DNA from: a virus
DNA length: 64,000 bases
IMG/VR virus record: IMGVR_UViG_3300020578_000011
Direction: 5' to 3' (one strand)
Shown here: positions 1 to 10,414 of the stretch, piece after piece
Layout of the letters: each line of letters starts with the position of its first letter
Numbering within the stretch: the first letter of the stretch is position 1
Notes under the pieces: generated by a model
What the model was told of the DNA's origin: nothing
Seen by the model: only the letters and a program-made list of their open reading frames with translations
Databases searched by the model: none
Program-made: the position numbers and the translations under genes

Positions 1-3000
1 TATGCAATTTGGTTTAGAAGTAGAAATTGGTATAGAACAGGTGGAACATTAGGTTCTGGTGCTACTCTTTTATTAAGAGCAAAAGAATATGGTCCCAATG
101 GAGATAAGTTATTTTTTAACATTGAATATCCAACAGCTCCAAATCAAGATTTTAATATAGATCACATAACCTCACCAGATGGATCTTTGTCTACCTATAC
201 GTTAGCAAGTGGCGATACGATTCCTACTGGAATAACTAGTGGAAATACTTTTTCTATAACAAAAAATGGAAACGAATGTACTTTAGATTTTAAAGAATCA
301 AACATAGATTTGTCTGCATTAAATCCGGCCGGTGGAGATATCATATCAATAACAGATCAGAGTGTGTCTGCTTCAAATAGAGGTTCTTTTAGAATCAATT
401 CATTTAATTCTATTAATAAAACTTTAACAATAACCAATGCAGCAGGATTTGCTACAACTCAAGGTTCTCCTGAGATATACAATATACAAACAATAGCAGA
501 TGTGGTGGGTACGCAAGGAAACATAACGATAACTTGTACTTCCGAAGGAAATACTTCTAATAAAGTTGGCAGCGGTGATTATTTAATATTAAAAGATAAT
601 CAAGGAAATAAAATTGTATATTGGTATGCAGTTAATAATAGTGGATCTGCTCCATCTTTAACTGGAATTTATCAATATATAAAAATAGCAACAATAGTAA
701 CTGGAGACACTGCAGCAGATGTTGCATCTAAAACCGCTGCTGTAATAAATGGTTCATATTCAGATTTTACAGCAAATTATTCTTCTGGAAATTCTGGAAA
801 TTCGTTTACTGTATTTAATACTTTTAATGGACCTGTTGTGTTGGATGAAAGTGGAAACTCTGGTACTGGTTTTGTTTATTCAAAAATAGATGGAAATCCT
901 AATCAAACACTTGGTGGAAAATATTTTACAATACACGACACAAATGGAAGCGTTGCGGTTTGGATGAATGTATATTCAAACACAGAGCCTGCACATGGTG
1001 CTGATAGGTCGATTCAAGTAGTGATTCCTTCTGGTAGTAGTTCTAATAATGTTGCTGATTTAATTGCTTCTGCTTTAGATTTAGATACTCAATTCTCTTG
1101 TACATATCTAAGCAATGTTGTCACTATAACAAACATATATAATGGAAGTCTTGAAAACGCGAACACTAACACAAGTGGCTTTACTATACAGACAGGAACA
1201 AATGGACAAAACGATGGAGTAGAAACAATAAATTCAGCTGAAGGTATTAAAGTATTTCCATTAATAGAAAATGATGCACAAACAATAGCTGAAAATATTA
1301 ATAATAATTCATTAATAATGACAGCTGTTTCAATTGGTGATTCCTCTAAACTTTTCACAAGATCTACTAAAGAAGAAACATCATCTATTGCATATGATCA
1401 TGCTTCGATCGATGGAAAAGTAAAAATGTTTGATGGTGAATCTTTTATAAAAATATTTGATAACGTAAATCCAAATTTTATACTTAAAAAAGATTTAGAA
1501 TTACAAAACGTTCAACCATCAATATATAATATGTCAAATTGTCCAAATCCAAACTCTTCTGAACTTGGTGAGTTTTTTAAATTAATTCCAAAAACAATTA
1601 AAAATGTAAAACATCACTTAAATCATAGAGCTCTTTCTCAACTTCCCATCGTAGCAGATGTTGATATTTGTAATAATTTTAGAAGAATTCAAATTAAATC
1701 TAAAAAACTTGGAACAGCTGGATCTGTTGAAGTCGTTGGTGGTCGAGCTAATTTAGGTGAATTTAGTATTTTTGGAGATAGTCAAATTTCAAGTAGTTCT
1801 TCTTCCAATATGTTAGAAACTAAAATATCAGCATATCCATCTACTATAAATTCAAATGATATAATTAAAGTTTATAATGAAAAATCTGCAAAAAGACTTT
1901 CTCGTTTAAAATCAACAGATACAGTAGATGTTGCTGTAGTTTCTAATACCGAGTCTGAGTATTATTTTAATAAAAAAGATATTAATTCTTATTTCTTTGT
2001 ACCATGGACAGTTACTGATGTTTCTTCTTTATACGGGAAGGCAAATGGGATTGTTTGGAGATGGCAACACGGTGATGCTGGAAAAACATTAAACATAACA
2101 TCTTTAACAAATGGATTAATATCAGATCTTGCTTTTGTAAATGAATACGCATCAGATGGATCCACTGGTTCTGTTTCTTTAGAAGTTTTTTCTAAAACAA
2201 ATGGAACTTTTTCTACTAAATTAAGTTTTAGTTTATCTACTAATTCAACACCTACAAATGGTGATTATTTTACTTTTAGAAATGCAGATAATGATACGTT
2301 TGCTGTGTGGTTTAAAATAGGGAGTGGATTTAGTCCCAGTGGTACTACTTATACAGATGCTTCATATAAAATACAAGTAGATATATTAAACACAGATTCT
2401 GCAAATCAAGTAATAGAAAAACTTAAATCAACACTTTTATCAAATCCTGAATTTGCATTGAAATTCTCATCATCAGATCTTCCTGCGACTTCGTTAGAGA
2501 ATGTCTACGCCGGTGACTCATTGGGTGTTTGGGGAACTGAAAATTTTACTCAATGCAATATGAAAAACCAATCACAATCAACAGGCGAGGGAGAGATCTC
2601 TAATTTTCCTATAATAGCAGTAAATGCATTAAATAGATATATAGATGTAGTAAATCCTAATGGTGTTGCTACATCTTTTAGACCTTTAGAAAATATAGGT
2701 AATATAGAAATCTTTCCTTCTCTTGGAATAAGATGGAGATTGAAACATTCTGCTTATTTTTCAATAACAAGTATTCAAGTTGTATCAGGAATAGCTAAAG
2801 TAATAACTTCTTCTTCACACGGTCTTGGACTTGGTGACACTGTTACAATTGCAAATACGGGTATTGTAGGATTAAATGGTGATAAAGTTATTCAATTAAC
2901 ACCTGATTCCAATTCTTTTACTTTTAATACGACAGTGAGCGACGGTATCTATGCAGGTGGTATTGCAATTGCCCAAGGAAGGCAAAGAACTCGATATAAA

Positions 3001-4323
3001 ATAGAAAGTTTAGGTTTTAATAATTTAGTTAGAATAAGTAGAAAAAATGGAGATTCTCCATATTTTACAGACTGCGGTGTTGCAGTTGATGATTTTGTAA
3101 AAATAAGTGGATTTACTTTTTCATCTGTTAATAATGGTTTTTTTAGAATTTTAGCAGTTGATAATGACTCTTTTGTTATTGAAAATCCAAACTTTAAAGA
3201 AGAATTAGATACCTATGTAAAATTTAACAACTTAGATAATGTTGTGACATGGGTTGCCAATGACACTAAGATAACAGGAATTGCTGGATCTTTTGCGAAC
3301 TTAAGTAATGGCATTTGGGTAAAGAAAAAAGAAGACTCAAATGAATATTTAGTACAAGTTATATCTTGCGACACTGGCAACTACTCAACTGCAACTATTG
3401 TAAATCTTGGATCTAGATATCTTGGTTCTGATTCTTTATCTGCTGGTCTTGCTATAGATCAAGAGCTTTCAATAGATCAAGGTGTCTATTTACAAGATGT
3501 TAATGATATTATTTTTTATGAAGCAGACTCTATTATTGCTGGAGATTATTTAGTAATAGATAATATATCAAATCCATATTGGTTTAATTCCTCAAACTCT
3601 GGTGTGTTTAAGGTTCAAAAATTTGGAACAAATTCAAGTTCAAAATCTCAATATATAAGAATTCAAAATAATGCAGCAGTTGCACAGTCTTCTGTTCAAA
3701 TGTCTGTTAGCTTAAATGGATTGTATTTACTTGAAAATGAAAATTACAAATATGAATCAATAAGAAAAGTAGAATATGCTTGTATAAATGAGTCAAATCC
3801 AAATCAAAGACTTGTTTATTTAACACCAGATCATCAGCTTAATAAAATAACAAGTCTATATGGTTCTAAAATAAAATCACTTGGAAAATTAGGCTTTGAT
3901 GTTGGTGTTACTTCTGGGGTGGATGGCTATATCTATTACACTGGATTAATGCAAACTGTTCAGAGAATAATTGACGGATATGAGCCAGATCCCACAAACT
4001 ATCCTGGAAGAAGAGCCGTTGGATCTGCGATAGAGGTTCTTCCTCCTCTTATTAGACAAATAAGTATAACGCTTGATATAACTACTAAAGATGGTGTCAA
4101 CTTAACAGATGTTACTAATGACATCAAGTCTATCGTAATTAATTATGTAAACTCACTGGGAGTTGGAGATGATGTTGTTCTTTCAGAAATAATATCAAGA
4201 GTCATGTCTATAAATGGAGTATATTCAGCCACTTTTACAAACCCAGTTCCTTCTGAACAAACCATACCTATATATGATGATCAGAAGGCTTTCATATCTC
4301 CAGAGTTAATAAGCTTGTCTTGA
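1..4323 (+). CDS. Very large baseplate wedge protein with C-terminal baseplate J-like domain (5' truncated by the window)
   Basis: The frame is open from base 1, so the track start at 187 is internal. The C-terminus (LIRQISITLDI...IVINYVNSLGVGDDVVLSEIISRVMSINGV) is typical of baseplate J/gp6 C-terminal domains. It also has repeated 'YF..VW...IQV.I...A.VA' modules and an FCCH-like HGLGLGDTVTI module. Confidence 0.7.
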   Translation, partial: YAIWFRSRNWYRTGGTLGSGATLLLRAKEYGPNGDKLFFNIEYPTAPNQDFNIDHITSPDGSLSTYTLASGDTIPTGITSGNTFSITKNGNECTLDFKESNIDLSALNPAGGDIISITDQSVSASNRGSFRINSFNSINKTLTITNAAGFATTQGSPEIYNIQTIADVVGTQGNITITCTSEGNTSNKVGSGDYLILKDNQGNKIVYWYAVNNSGSAPSLTGIYQYIKIATIVTGDTAADVASKTAAVINGSYSDFTANYSSGNSGNSFTVFNTFNGPVVLDESGNSGTGFVYSKIDGNPNQTLGGKYFTIHDTNGSVAVWMNVYSNTEPAHGADRSIQVVIPSGSSSNNVADLIASALDLDTQFSCTYLSNVVTITNIYNGSLENANTNTSGFTIQTGTNGQNDGVETINSAEGIKVFPLIENDAQTIAENINNNSLIMTAVSIGDSSKLFTRSTKEETSSIAYDHASIDGKVKMFDGESFIKIFDNVNPNFILKKDLELQNVQPSIYNMSNCPNPNSSELGEFFKLIPKTIKNVKHHLNHRALSQLPIVADVDICNNFRRIQIKSKKLGTAGSVEVVGGRANLGEFSIFGDSQISSSSSSNMLETKISAYPSTINSNDIIKVYNEKSAKRLSRLKSTDTVDVAVVSNTESEYYFNKKDINSYFFVPWTVTDVSSLYGKANGIVWRWQHGDAGKTLNITSLTNGLISDLAFVNEYASDGSTGSVSLEVFSKTNGTFSTKLSFSLSTNSTPTNGDYFTFRNADNDTFAVWFKIGSGFSPSGTTYTDASYKIQVDILNTDSANQVIEKLKSTLLSNPEFALKFSSSDLPATSLENVYAGDSLGVWGTENFTQCNMKNQSQSTGEGEISNFPIIAVNALNRYIDVVNPNGVATSFRPLENIGNIEIFPSLGIRWRLKHSAYFSITSIQVVSGIAKVITSSSHGLGLGDTVTIANTGIVGLNGDKVIQLTPDSNSFTFNTTVSDGIYAGGIAIAQGRQRTRYKIESLGFNNLVRISRKNGDSPYFTDCGVAVDDFVKISGFTFSSVNNGFFRILAVDNDSFVIENPNFKEELDTYVKFNNLDNVVTWVANDTKITGIAGSFANLSNGIWVKKKEDSNEYLVQVISCDTGNYSTATIVNLGSRYLGSDSLSAGLAIDQELSIDQGVYLQDVNDIIFYEADSIIAGDYLVIDNISNPYWFNSSNSGVFKVQKFGTNSSSKSQYIRIQNNAAVAQSSVQMSVSLNGLYLLENENYKYESIRKVEYACINESNPNQRLVYLTPDHQLNKITSLYGSKIKSLGKLGFDVGVTSGVDGYIYYTGLMQTVQRIIDGYEPDPTNYPGRRAVGSAIEVLPPLIRQISITLDITTKDGVNLTDVTNDIKSIVINYVNSLGVGDDVVLSEIISRVMSINGVYSATFTNPVPSEQTIPIYDDQKAFISPELISLS

Positions 4324-4330
4324 GGTTTGT

Positions 4331-6466
4331 ATGACGAATAATCGCAAAGCAAAAGATTCAATATCAGATCAGATGAATCCATATTTTAGGGTTCAGTTGA
4401 ATCCTAATTGGAAAGCATTAATAGAAGCAATTGGAGAATCTGATCAAGAAATAGCTGATCTTGTTCAAGAAGTTAGAAAACAATTTTTTGTAAGCACATC
4501 TACTCGTCCATATATAGATAAATTAGCATCTAATGTTAAAATTAGTAGACCTAAAGTTGTTGGAATGGATGATCAAACTATGCGTAAATACATTCCAATA
4601 CTGGCATATCAACCAAAACAAGTAAAATTAGTATTAGATCAATTATTAGATATTTTCTTTTTTAAAGAATCAACTACTGCTTTTGCAGAATCTTCAGTTA
4701 GTGAGCCTTTCTTATTAAAAAACGGATGGGATCTTACTTATCTTGTTGATAATTCAATTTTAGAAGAAATATATTTTAAAAGTGAAGATTTTGCAGATAT
4801 ATCTAATGCAACTGTCGACGAGGTTGTAGCTTGCATAAATCGTCAAGCTAAAAAATCATTTGCAGTTGCATTTGATAATCGTATACAAAAAAAGAAATTT
4901 ATAAGAATATTTACAAACACAATTGGATCAAAGGGATCTGTAGAAGTCACGGGCGGAAGAGCAAATATATCTATAAATTTTCCAGGTTTTATAGAAAATG
5001 CAGGATCTGGTTCTAGTACTAAATGGCAATTTTCAAAAATAGGTGATACTATAAAAATGCAACATGTACAAGGCTCGTCTCCTAGTTTAGAGTTTGTACA
5101 AGCTGGTGATGTTGCGATATTGGATTTTCCAAATAATTTTAAAAACAGTGGAAGTTTTATTATAAAAGAAGTAAATTTAAGTGATAACTATATTAAATTT
5201 ACTAATTTATTTAGTACAGAAGGTATTTTTGATCATTCTTTAGTTCCAGGATATTTTGTAAGATTTATTTCACCTAGAAAAAGTGTTGTCTATACTAGAG
5301 ATAATAGATCAGTTGTTTGGGAAGCAGCTCCTGGTGAGATTGTTATAGAAATGCCATCCACTCCTCCGGTTGTTAGAAGAAAACTAAAAGGATCGGCCCA
5401 CATAAATGGCCTAGTTGCTCCAATGATTAATAGAATCTCAGACACATCTTTAGAGTTGGATGATGCATCTGATTGGCCTAATTCTGGCAAAATAGTAATC
5501 GAACCAACGCAAGAAATAAAAACACATATTTTAACATCAATAGAAGATGATATTATATCTAAAAAAATAGAAGGAAGATATGATTGCACTGAATTAATTT
5601 TTAATTATACTAATAAAAATGGAAATGTATTAAGTGGTATATCTCCAAATTTGCCATTTTCTGCAGACATTTTTGAATTAGATATTTCTAGTTTACAAAG
5701 AGATTCTAATAATATAGTAACAGTTACAACAACAACTAATCATAATTTATCAGCTGGAACAGCCATTAGAATATATTCTGTAACAGAAACAACAAATGCA
5801 AATAATTTTAATGGAACATGGTTAGTTGACTCTGTTGTTAATTCTAATTCATTTAAATACAAATCCCTAGGTTCTCCTTCAGTTTTAAATGATGGAAAAG
5901 TAAGAATAGAAAAAATAGGCTTATCTAATAATGGAAGTCGTATTTATTTAAATTCAGCAATTATTAATACTAAAATAATAGGCCCAATGCTATGGGACAC
6001 TGGGGCACCTTTTGTGCTTTCTTCTTATACCGGTAAGACTATTACAGATATAAAATCTGGAAATATAGTATTAAACTTATCTATTGATCCATCAAACAAC
6101 ATACCTCAAGATCAGGGTTTTTTAATTTTTGATTATGGACTAAAAACACAAGAAGGACCTGTTAGGTATCTTTACAAAGCCTCTAACTCTACCATTGTAA
6201 TGGATCCTGCATATGTTTTTCAATATAATCACCTGCCAGGATCTGAAATTGTCGCAATAAGAAGAAAAGGTGCACATGTATTAGATGGCCTTGGAAAGGA
6301 ATACGGTTTTTATGTATCTGATCCTAGTGCGGCCAGAGAGGTTTTAAAAAGCTTAATATCGTCTGTAAAAAGCGTGGGAGTATATCTTAGATACATAATA
6401 AAATATCCAAATGTTGTCTATTCGGAATACGATCTATATGGAGAAACTTCTAATTTATTAGATTGA
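4331..6466 (+). CDS. Baseplate/tail structural protein (wedge partner) with FCCH-like beta module
   Basis: 711 aa, directly after the baseplate J-like gene. Contains a VTVTTTTNHNLSAG...FNGTWLV module. The C-terminal 'LISSVKSVGV' resembles the ends of gpI-type wedge proteins. Confidence 0.5.
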   Translation: MTNNRKAKDSISDQMNPYFRVQLNPNWKALIEAIGESDQEIADLVQEVRKQFFVSTSTRPYIDKLASNVKISRPKVVGMDDQTMRKYIPILAYQPKQVKLVLDQLLDIFFFKESTTAFAESSVSEPFLLKNGWDLTYLVDNSILEEIYFKSEDFADISNATVDEVVACINRQAKKSFAVAFDNRIQKKKFIRIFTNTIGSKGSVEVTGGRANISINFPGFIENAGSGSSTKWQFSKIGDTIKMQHVQGSSPSLEFVQAGDVAILDFPNNFKNSGSFIIKEVNLSDNYIKFTNLFSTEGIFDHSLVPGYFVRFISPRKSVVYTRDNRSVVWEAAPGEIVIEMPSTPPVVRRKLKGSAHINGLVAPMINRISDTSLELDDASDWPNSGKIVIEPTQEIKTHILTSIEDDIISKKIEGRYDCTELIFNYTNKNGNVLSGISPNLPFSADIFELDISSLQRDSNNIVTVTTTTNHNLSAGTAIRIYSVTETTNANNFNGTWLVDSVVNSNSFKYKSLGSPSVLNDGKVRIEKIGLSNNGSRIYLNSAIINTKIIGPMLWDTGAPFVLSSYTGKTITDIKSGNIVLNLSIDPSNNIPQDQGFLIFDYGLKTQEGPVRYLYKASNSTIVMDPAYVFQYNHLPGSEIVAIRRKGAHVLDGLGKEYGFYVSDPSAAREVLKSLISSVKSVGVYLRYIIKYPNVVYSEYDLYGETSNLLD

Positions 6467-6529
6467 TAGTTTACAATGTATAATTATTAAAGTTAACAGC
6501 ACAAAATATAATAAAGTGCTTAATGGAGT

Positions 6530-9500
6530 TTGAATATGGCTGTATTATCTCGATTGCTGGTTGGTTCTCAACAACGTCTTGATTTGCCAGATGTTTTAGC
6601 AATCGAGTCGTATGTATCATCAGATTTTAAGAATTTAATAAAATCTTTTGTTGGATCATCGCCAATGATTCTTAAAGGATTTGAAGTAATAGACGCACCG
6701 CTTAGCATAAATCAGACAAATGTATCTATACGTGTTGCAGGTTCTGTTTTATACAATTCTCAATCATCTGCTGGCAGTTTCTTTTGTGGATTGGAAGAAG
6801 GACATCCATTAGCAACTCCACTTGTCCCTGATTTAAAAAACAATTCTACAAATTATGTCTATCTAACTCTCTCATCAGAGGGCTATGCTCAAGATACAAG
6901 AGCTTTTTGGGATGTTGACTTAAACAGTGGAGAGGGTGGTGAATTTAATCAAATAGTCAATACTCAATCTGTATTAAAAGTAGATATTAATGTATCTGTT
7001 TCAACTTTTCCAGATGGGACAATACCAATAGCAAAAATAGTAAAAGACGGATCCAGCATTAAAGAAATAATAGACTGTAGAAATATGATGTTTAGACTTG
7101 GATCTGGAGGCGTGTCTCCAGATCCAACAAATAAATTTTCTTTTAGATCACTGCCATCTTTAACATATACAAGAGACGAGCCGCCTATTTCTGTGGCAGG
7201 AACATCTGCGCCATCTCCGTTTTTTGGAGGAGATAAAAACATCTTTTCATTAAAAGAATGGATGGATGTTGTAATGACTAAAATATTAGAACTTTCTGGA
7301 ACAACATATTGGTATGAATCGTCTGCTGCTATAAGTTTACTTAATCTTTTTGATGACACGGTAGGAAGTTCAATAAAATCAAAAGGTCAATGGACACATG
7401 ATTCTAGTGTAGCTGGAAAAGTAACATGGTCAGAAGATATTATTTATCGCAAAATGAACGACCCAAGAGAGATAATAATAAGATCAAACGCAACAGGTAT
7501 AACGCTCGACAATGATGAAGTTATGTTTGTGCAAATGATTAGAAATGAAAAAATAAATTCATTTAACACAAGTGTTGGTTTTGAAAATAATAAAAACTAT
7601 ATTAATGGAATACAAGGTTCTTTTTCCAATTTAAAAAAAGGTGATTGGGTAAAGAAAAATAGTGATAATGATAATTTATACTTAAGAGTAGAAGAATTTT
7701 ATACAACCGAAGATTTAGCAAGCGGAGCTGGAGAGTCTGCGAATCTAGCTAGATCTGTTAAACTTAGCTCGACATATCAAGGAACAACTGAAACCTCTGT
7801 TCCAGCTGTGTATACAAGAGGCGTGTACGAAAATCTTGATATACAAAAAGCAAATAGATCCACTTCAACAATGTGGCTTCTTGGTGGTGGTTTTTACTGG
7901 TTGGCAAATAGATCAGATACTGTGCAAAATATACAATCTATAACCCCTGTTTATTTAACAAATGTTAATATAAAAGAGTCAGATGGAAAAAGAGCAAAAT
8001 TAGAATTTGCATCTAATCATGGTTTGTCTGATGGAGATAGGATTGTAGTATCTAATGCAGCAGCATATAATGGACTATATCAAGTAGAGGTTCAATCTTC
8101 TACTGTTGTAATAATAGAAACAGCAATAACTACAAATTTATCTAATATTACAGTTAGTTGGGCTGTTGTAACTACTAAAGAAAGATACTCTGATGGACAA
8201 TCTGGTGGCATATTGCTAGAATCTGCAAATCACGGATTTGAATCAAATCAAACAATTAAAATTACATCAACCGGAACTAACTATGATAGTTATAATTCTG
8301 GTTATTATAAAATAAATGTATTAAGCAATACTCAATTTCAAATTCCATATGATTCAAATACTACATATGTCGCACCCACTATTGGAATTGTAAATCAAGG
8401 CGTGGCTTCATGTGCTAGAATTAACTTAAGAACAGAATTTGGAGCTGTTAAGGTTATCCAAGGAGAATCTATTGATATCAATGAGCCAGATAGTGTCAAT
8501 ATATTAAGATTTATTGGCATGGATTCGTTATCTCAATCTTCTCCAGTTTATTCAATTCCTACTACAGATAACACTCTTCAAGGTTTTCAAAATTTCAATT
8601 CAGAATCTACAGATAGCGTAACAAGAAGACTTTCTAGATTGACATCCATGATGGCAGATCGAGTACAAGATCGTGGATCTATAACACATGGAAGAGTTAC
8701 TTTTAGAAACGAAACATCTGGATCAGATCAAATAATAAGCTCAAATGGCAATTTATATATAGAAAAACCCGGATCACCAAAACAAATAATTGATATTCCA
8801 GATTCTTTTAATTTATCAACAAATCAAGCATTAGTTGCTTCTATTAATAGAGAGTCCAATTCTACTATAATTCCAGTTGTAGAAACCCTGTACGATCCAT
8901 TTTTGCTAGATGAAAATAAAATAATATTATTTTATAGATTCAGCGACACATCAGTGTACTCATGGCAAGGTGTTGAGATAAAAAATTCTAGCTCATGGAC
9001 ATCTAATGATCATGAGAATGCTCAGAATAAAAATATCACAGTAATAGACAAGGCTGGTGTTTCTTTTACAAAAACAACATCTAGTAGCGGTTATTTTTAT
9101 TACAACAGTTCAAGCGGCATAATTACCGTATCTATAAACGGATCTTCTTCAGATAACACCATAAATGTATCTGCTATTAATGCACTTTCACAAGCAACTA
9201 GAACATTATCAAATGGACAATGTGTCTGGTTAAGAATTAATAGAGTTAATAGTAAGACTTTCAACAATATTAATACAAGCTCAACATATCAAGACAGCGA
9301 TACAAATGGTACCTTGTATATAACAAATAAAGCAGATGTCCCTGTTGATGAGGACGTTTTTGTAATCTATGCTTTAGATAATTTAGTTCTTTCTACTCTT
9401 AATCACACATCTGCCGTTGGCAACATATATGAAGAAAAAAAGATAATAGGTATCGGCGGACTTTCTTTAGGTTCTTTAATAAAACTTCCACATGATTCTA

Positions 9501-10402
9501 GAAATAATAACGAACCTCAAGCATACTCAAAAGGAGCTGGTCAATTAGAGGTTTATTTAAATGGTCAAAAATTAGTTAGAACAATTGACTGGGACGAAGA
9601 CCCCTCGACGTCTAATTTTGATTTAGCAGACCAGATAATTATAAATCAAAACTTAGTAGAAGAAGATGTTTTAGTTTTTAGAATAGCATCTACTGGTGGT
9701 GTTTATTTCTCAAATGTAACAAATTTTACAGATTTACAAGATGCATATGATAATGAAAGATCAATAACAACAATTCCTGGTTTACCTGTTTTAATAGACG
9801 GGGGATCTGATGTTGCTCTTAAAATAGTTGGAAAAATAGAAATTGGAAACACCGATCCAGGAGAAAACTATAATTTAAATGTAAATGGAACTGCAAAATT
9901 TTATAATTCAAACGCCGGTGTGTCAATTGAAGACGGCGGTATTAGATTTAACGAAACTGGTTCTTCTCCAAACTCTGTTTTATTAAAAGCATCTGATTCA
10001 ATGCTTACTAATGTAACAATAAAACTTCCATCTACATCTGGACTTAATAATCAGATAATATCAACTGATGGACTAGGTTCTCTTGTTTGGATAGATAAAA
10101 ATCCAAATATATTAGGACAGATGTCTAGTAATTTAGCATCTGGAACAATAGCAACAATAGATCCATTGGTTTATAGGAGTTTTATAGGACAGGTATCGAT
10201 ATTTATATCTTCAGTTAATAAGGCAGAAACTTTTCATTTAGTTGGCTCTAATAATGGAGTATCTTGGAAAATGAGTCAAACAACAGCTGGAGATTCTACT
10301 AATATAACAATTGCAATTGATAATAGTGGTTCTTTAACTTTTTCTGATCCAGTTTCTCAAGATAAAAATATTAAATTTGACTTATCAACACTGTTGATTT
10401 AA
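6530..10402 (+). CDS. Baseplate/tail fibre protein
   Basis: 1290 aa, Ser/Thr/Asn-rich and beta-rich. Has two NHG(L/F) FCCH-like modules and an LEVYLNGQKL module. Lies in the tail gene cluster. The ATG at 6536 is an alternative start. Confidence 0.6.
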   Translation: MNMAVLSRLLVGSQQRLDLPDVLAIESYVSSDFKNLIKSFVGSSPMILKGFEVIDAPLSINQTNVSIRVAGSVLYNSQSSAGSFFCGLEEGHPLATPLVPDLKNNSTNYVYLTLSSEGYAQDTRAFWDVDLNSGEGGEFNQIVNTQSVLKVDINVSVSTFPDGTIPIAKIVKDGSSIKEIIDCRNMMFRLGSGGVSPDPTNKFSFRSLPSLTYTRDEPPISVAGTSAPSPFFGGDKNIFSLKEWMDVVMTKILELSGTTYWYESSAAISLLNLFDDTVGSSIKSKGQWTHDSSVAGKVTWSEDIIYRKMNDPREIIIRSNATGITLDNDEVMFVQMIRNEKINSFNTSVGFENNKNYINGIQGSFSNLKKGDWVKKNSDNDNLYLRVEEFYTTEDLASGAGESANLARSVKLSSTYQGTTETSVPAVYTRGVYENLDIQKANRSTSTMWLLGGGFYWLANRSDTVQNIQSITPVYLTNVNIKESDGKRAKLEFASNHGLSDGDRIVVSNAAAYNGLYQVEVQSSTVVIIETAITTNLSNITVSWAVVTTKERYSDGQSGGILLESANHGFESNQTIKITSTGTNYDSYNSGYYKINVLSNTQFQIPYDSNTTYVAPTIGIVNQGVASCARINLRTEFGAVKVIQGESIDINEPDSVNILRFIGMDSLSQSSPVYSIPTTDNTLQGFQNFNSESTDSVTRRLSRLTSMMADRVQDRGSITHGRVTFRNETSGSDQIISSNGNLYIEKPGSPKQIIDIPDSFNLSTNQALVASINRESNSTIIPVVETLYDPFLLDENKIILFYRFSDTSVYSWQGVEIKNSSSWTSNDHENAQNKNITVIDKAGVSFTKTTSSSGYFYYNSSSGIITVSINGSSSDNTINVSAINALSQATRTLSNGQCVWLRINRVNSKTFNNINTSSTYQDSDTNGTLYITNKADVPVDEDVFVIYALDNLVLSTLNHTSAVGNIYEEKKIIGIGGLSLGSLIKLPHDSRNNNEPQAYSKGAGQLEVYLNGQKLVRTIDWDEDPSTSNFDLADQIIINQNLVEEDVLVFRIASTGGVYFSNVTNFTDLQDAYDNERSITTIPGLPVLIDGGSDVALKIVGKIEIGNTDPGENYNLNVNGTAKFYNSNAGVSIEDGGIRFNETGSSPNSVLLKASDSMLTNVTIKLPSTSGLNNQIISTDGLGSLVWIDKNPNILGQMSSNLASGTIATIDPLVYRSFIGQVSIFISSVNKAETFHLVGSNNGVSWKMSQTTAGDSTNITIAIDNSGSLTFSDPVSQDKNIKFDLSTLLI

Positions 10403-10414
10403 TGGAGAAAAGCG

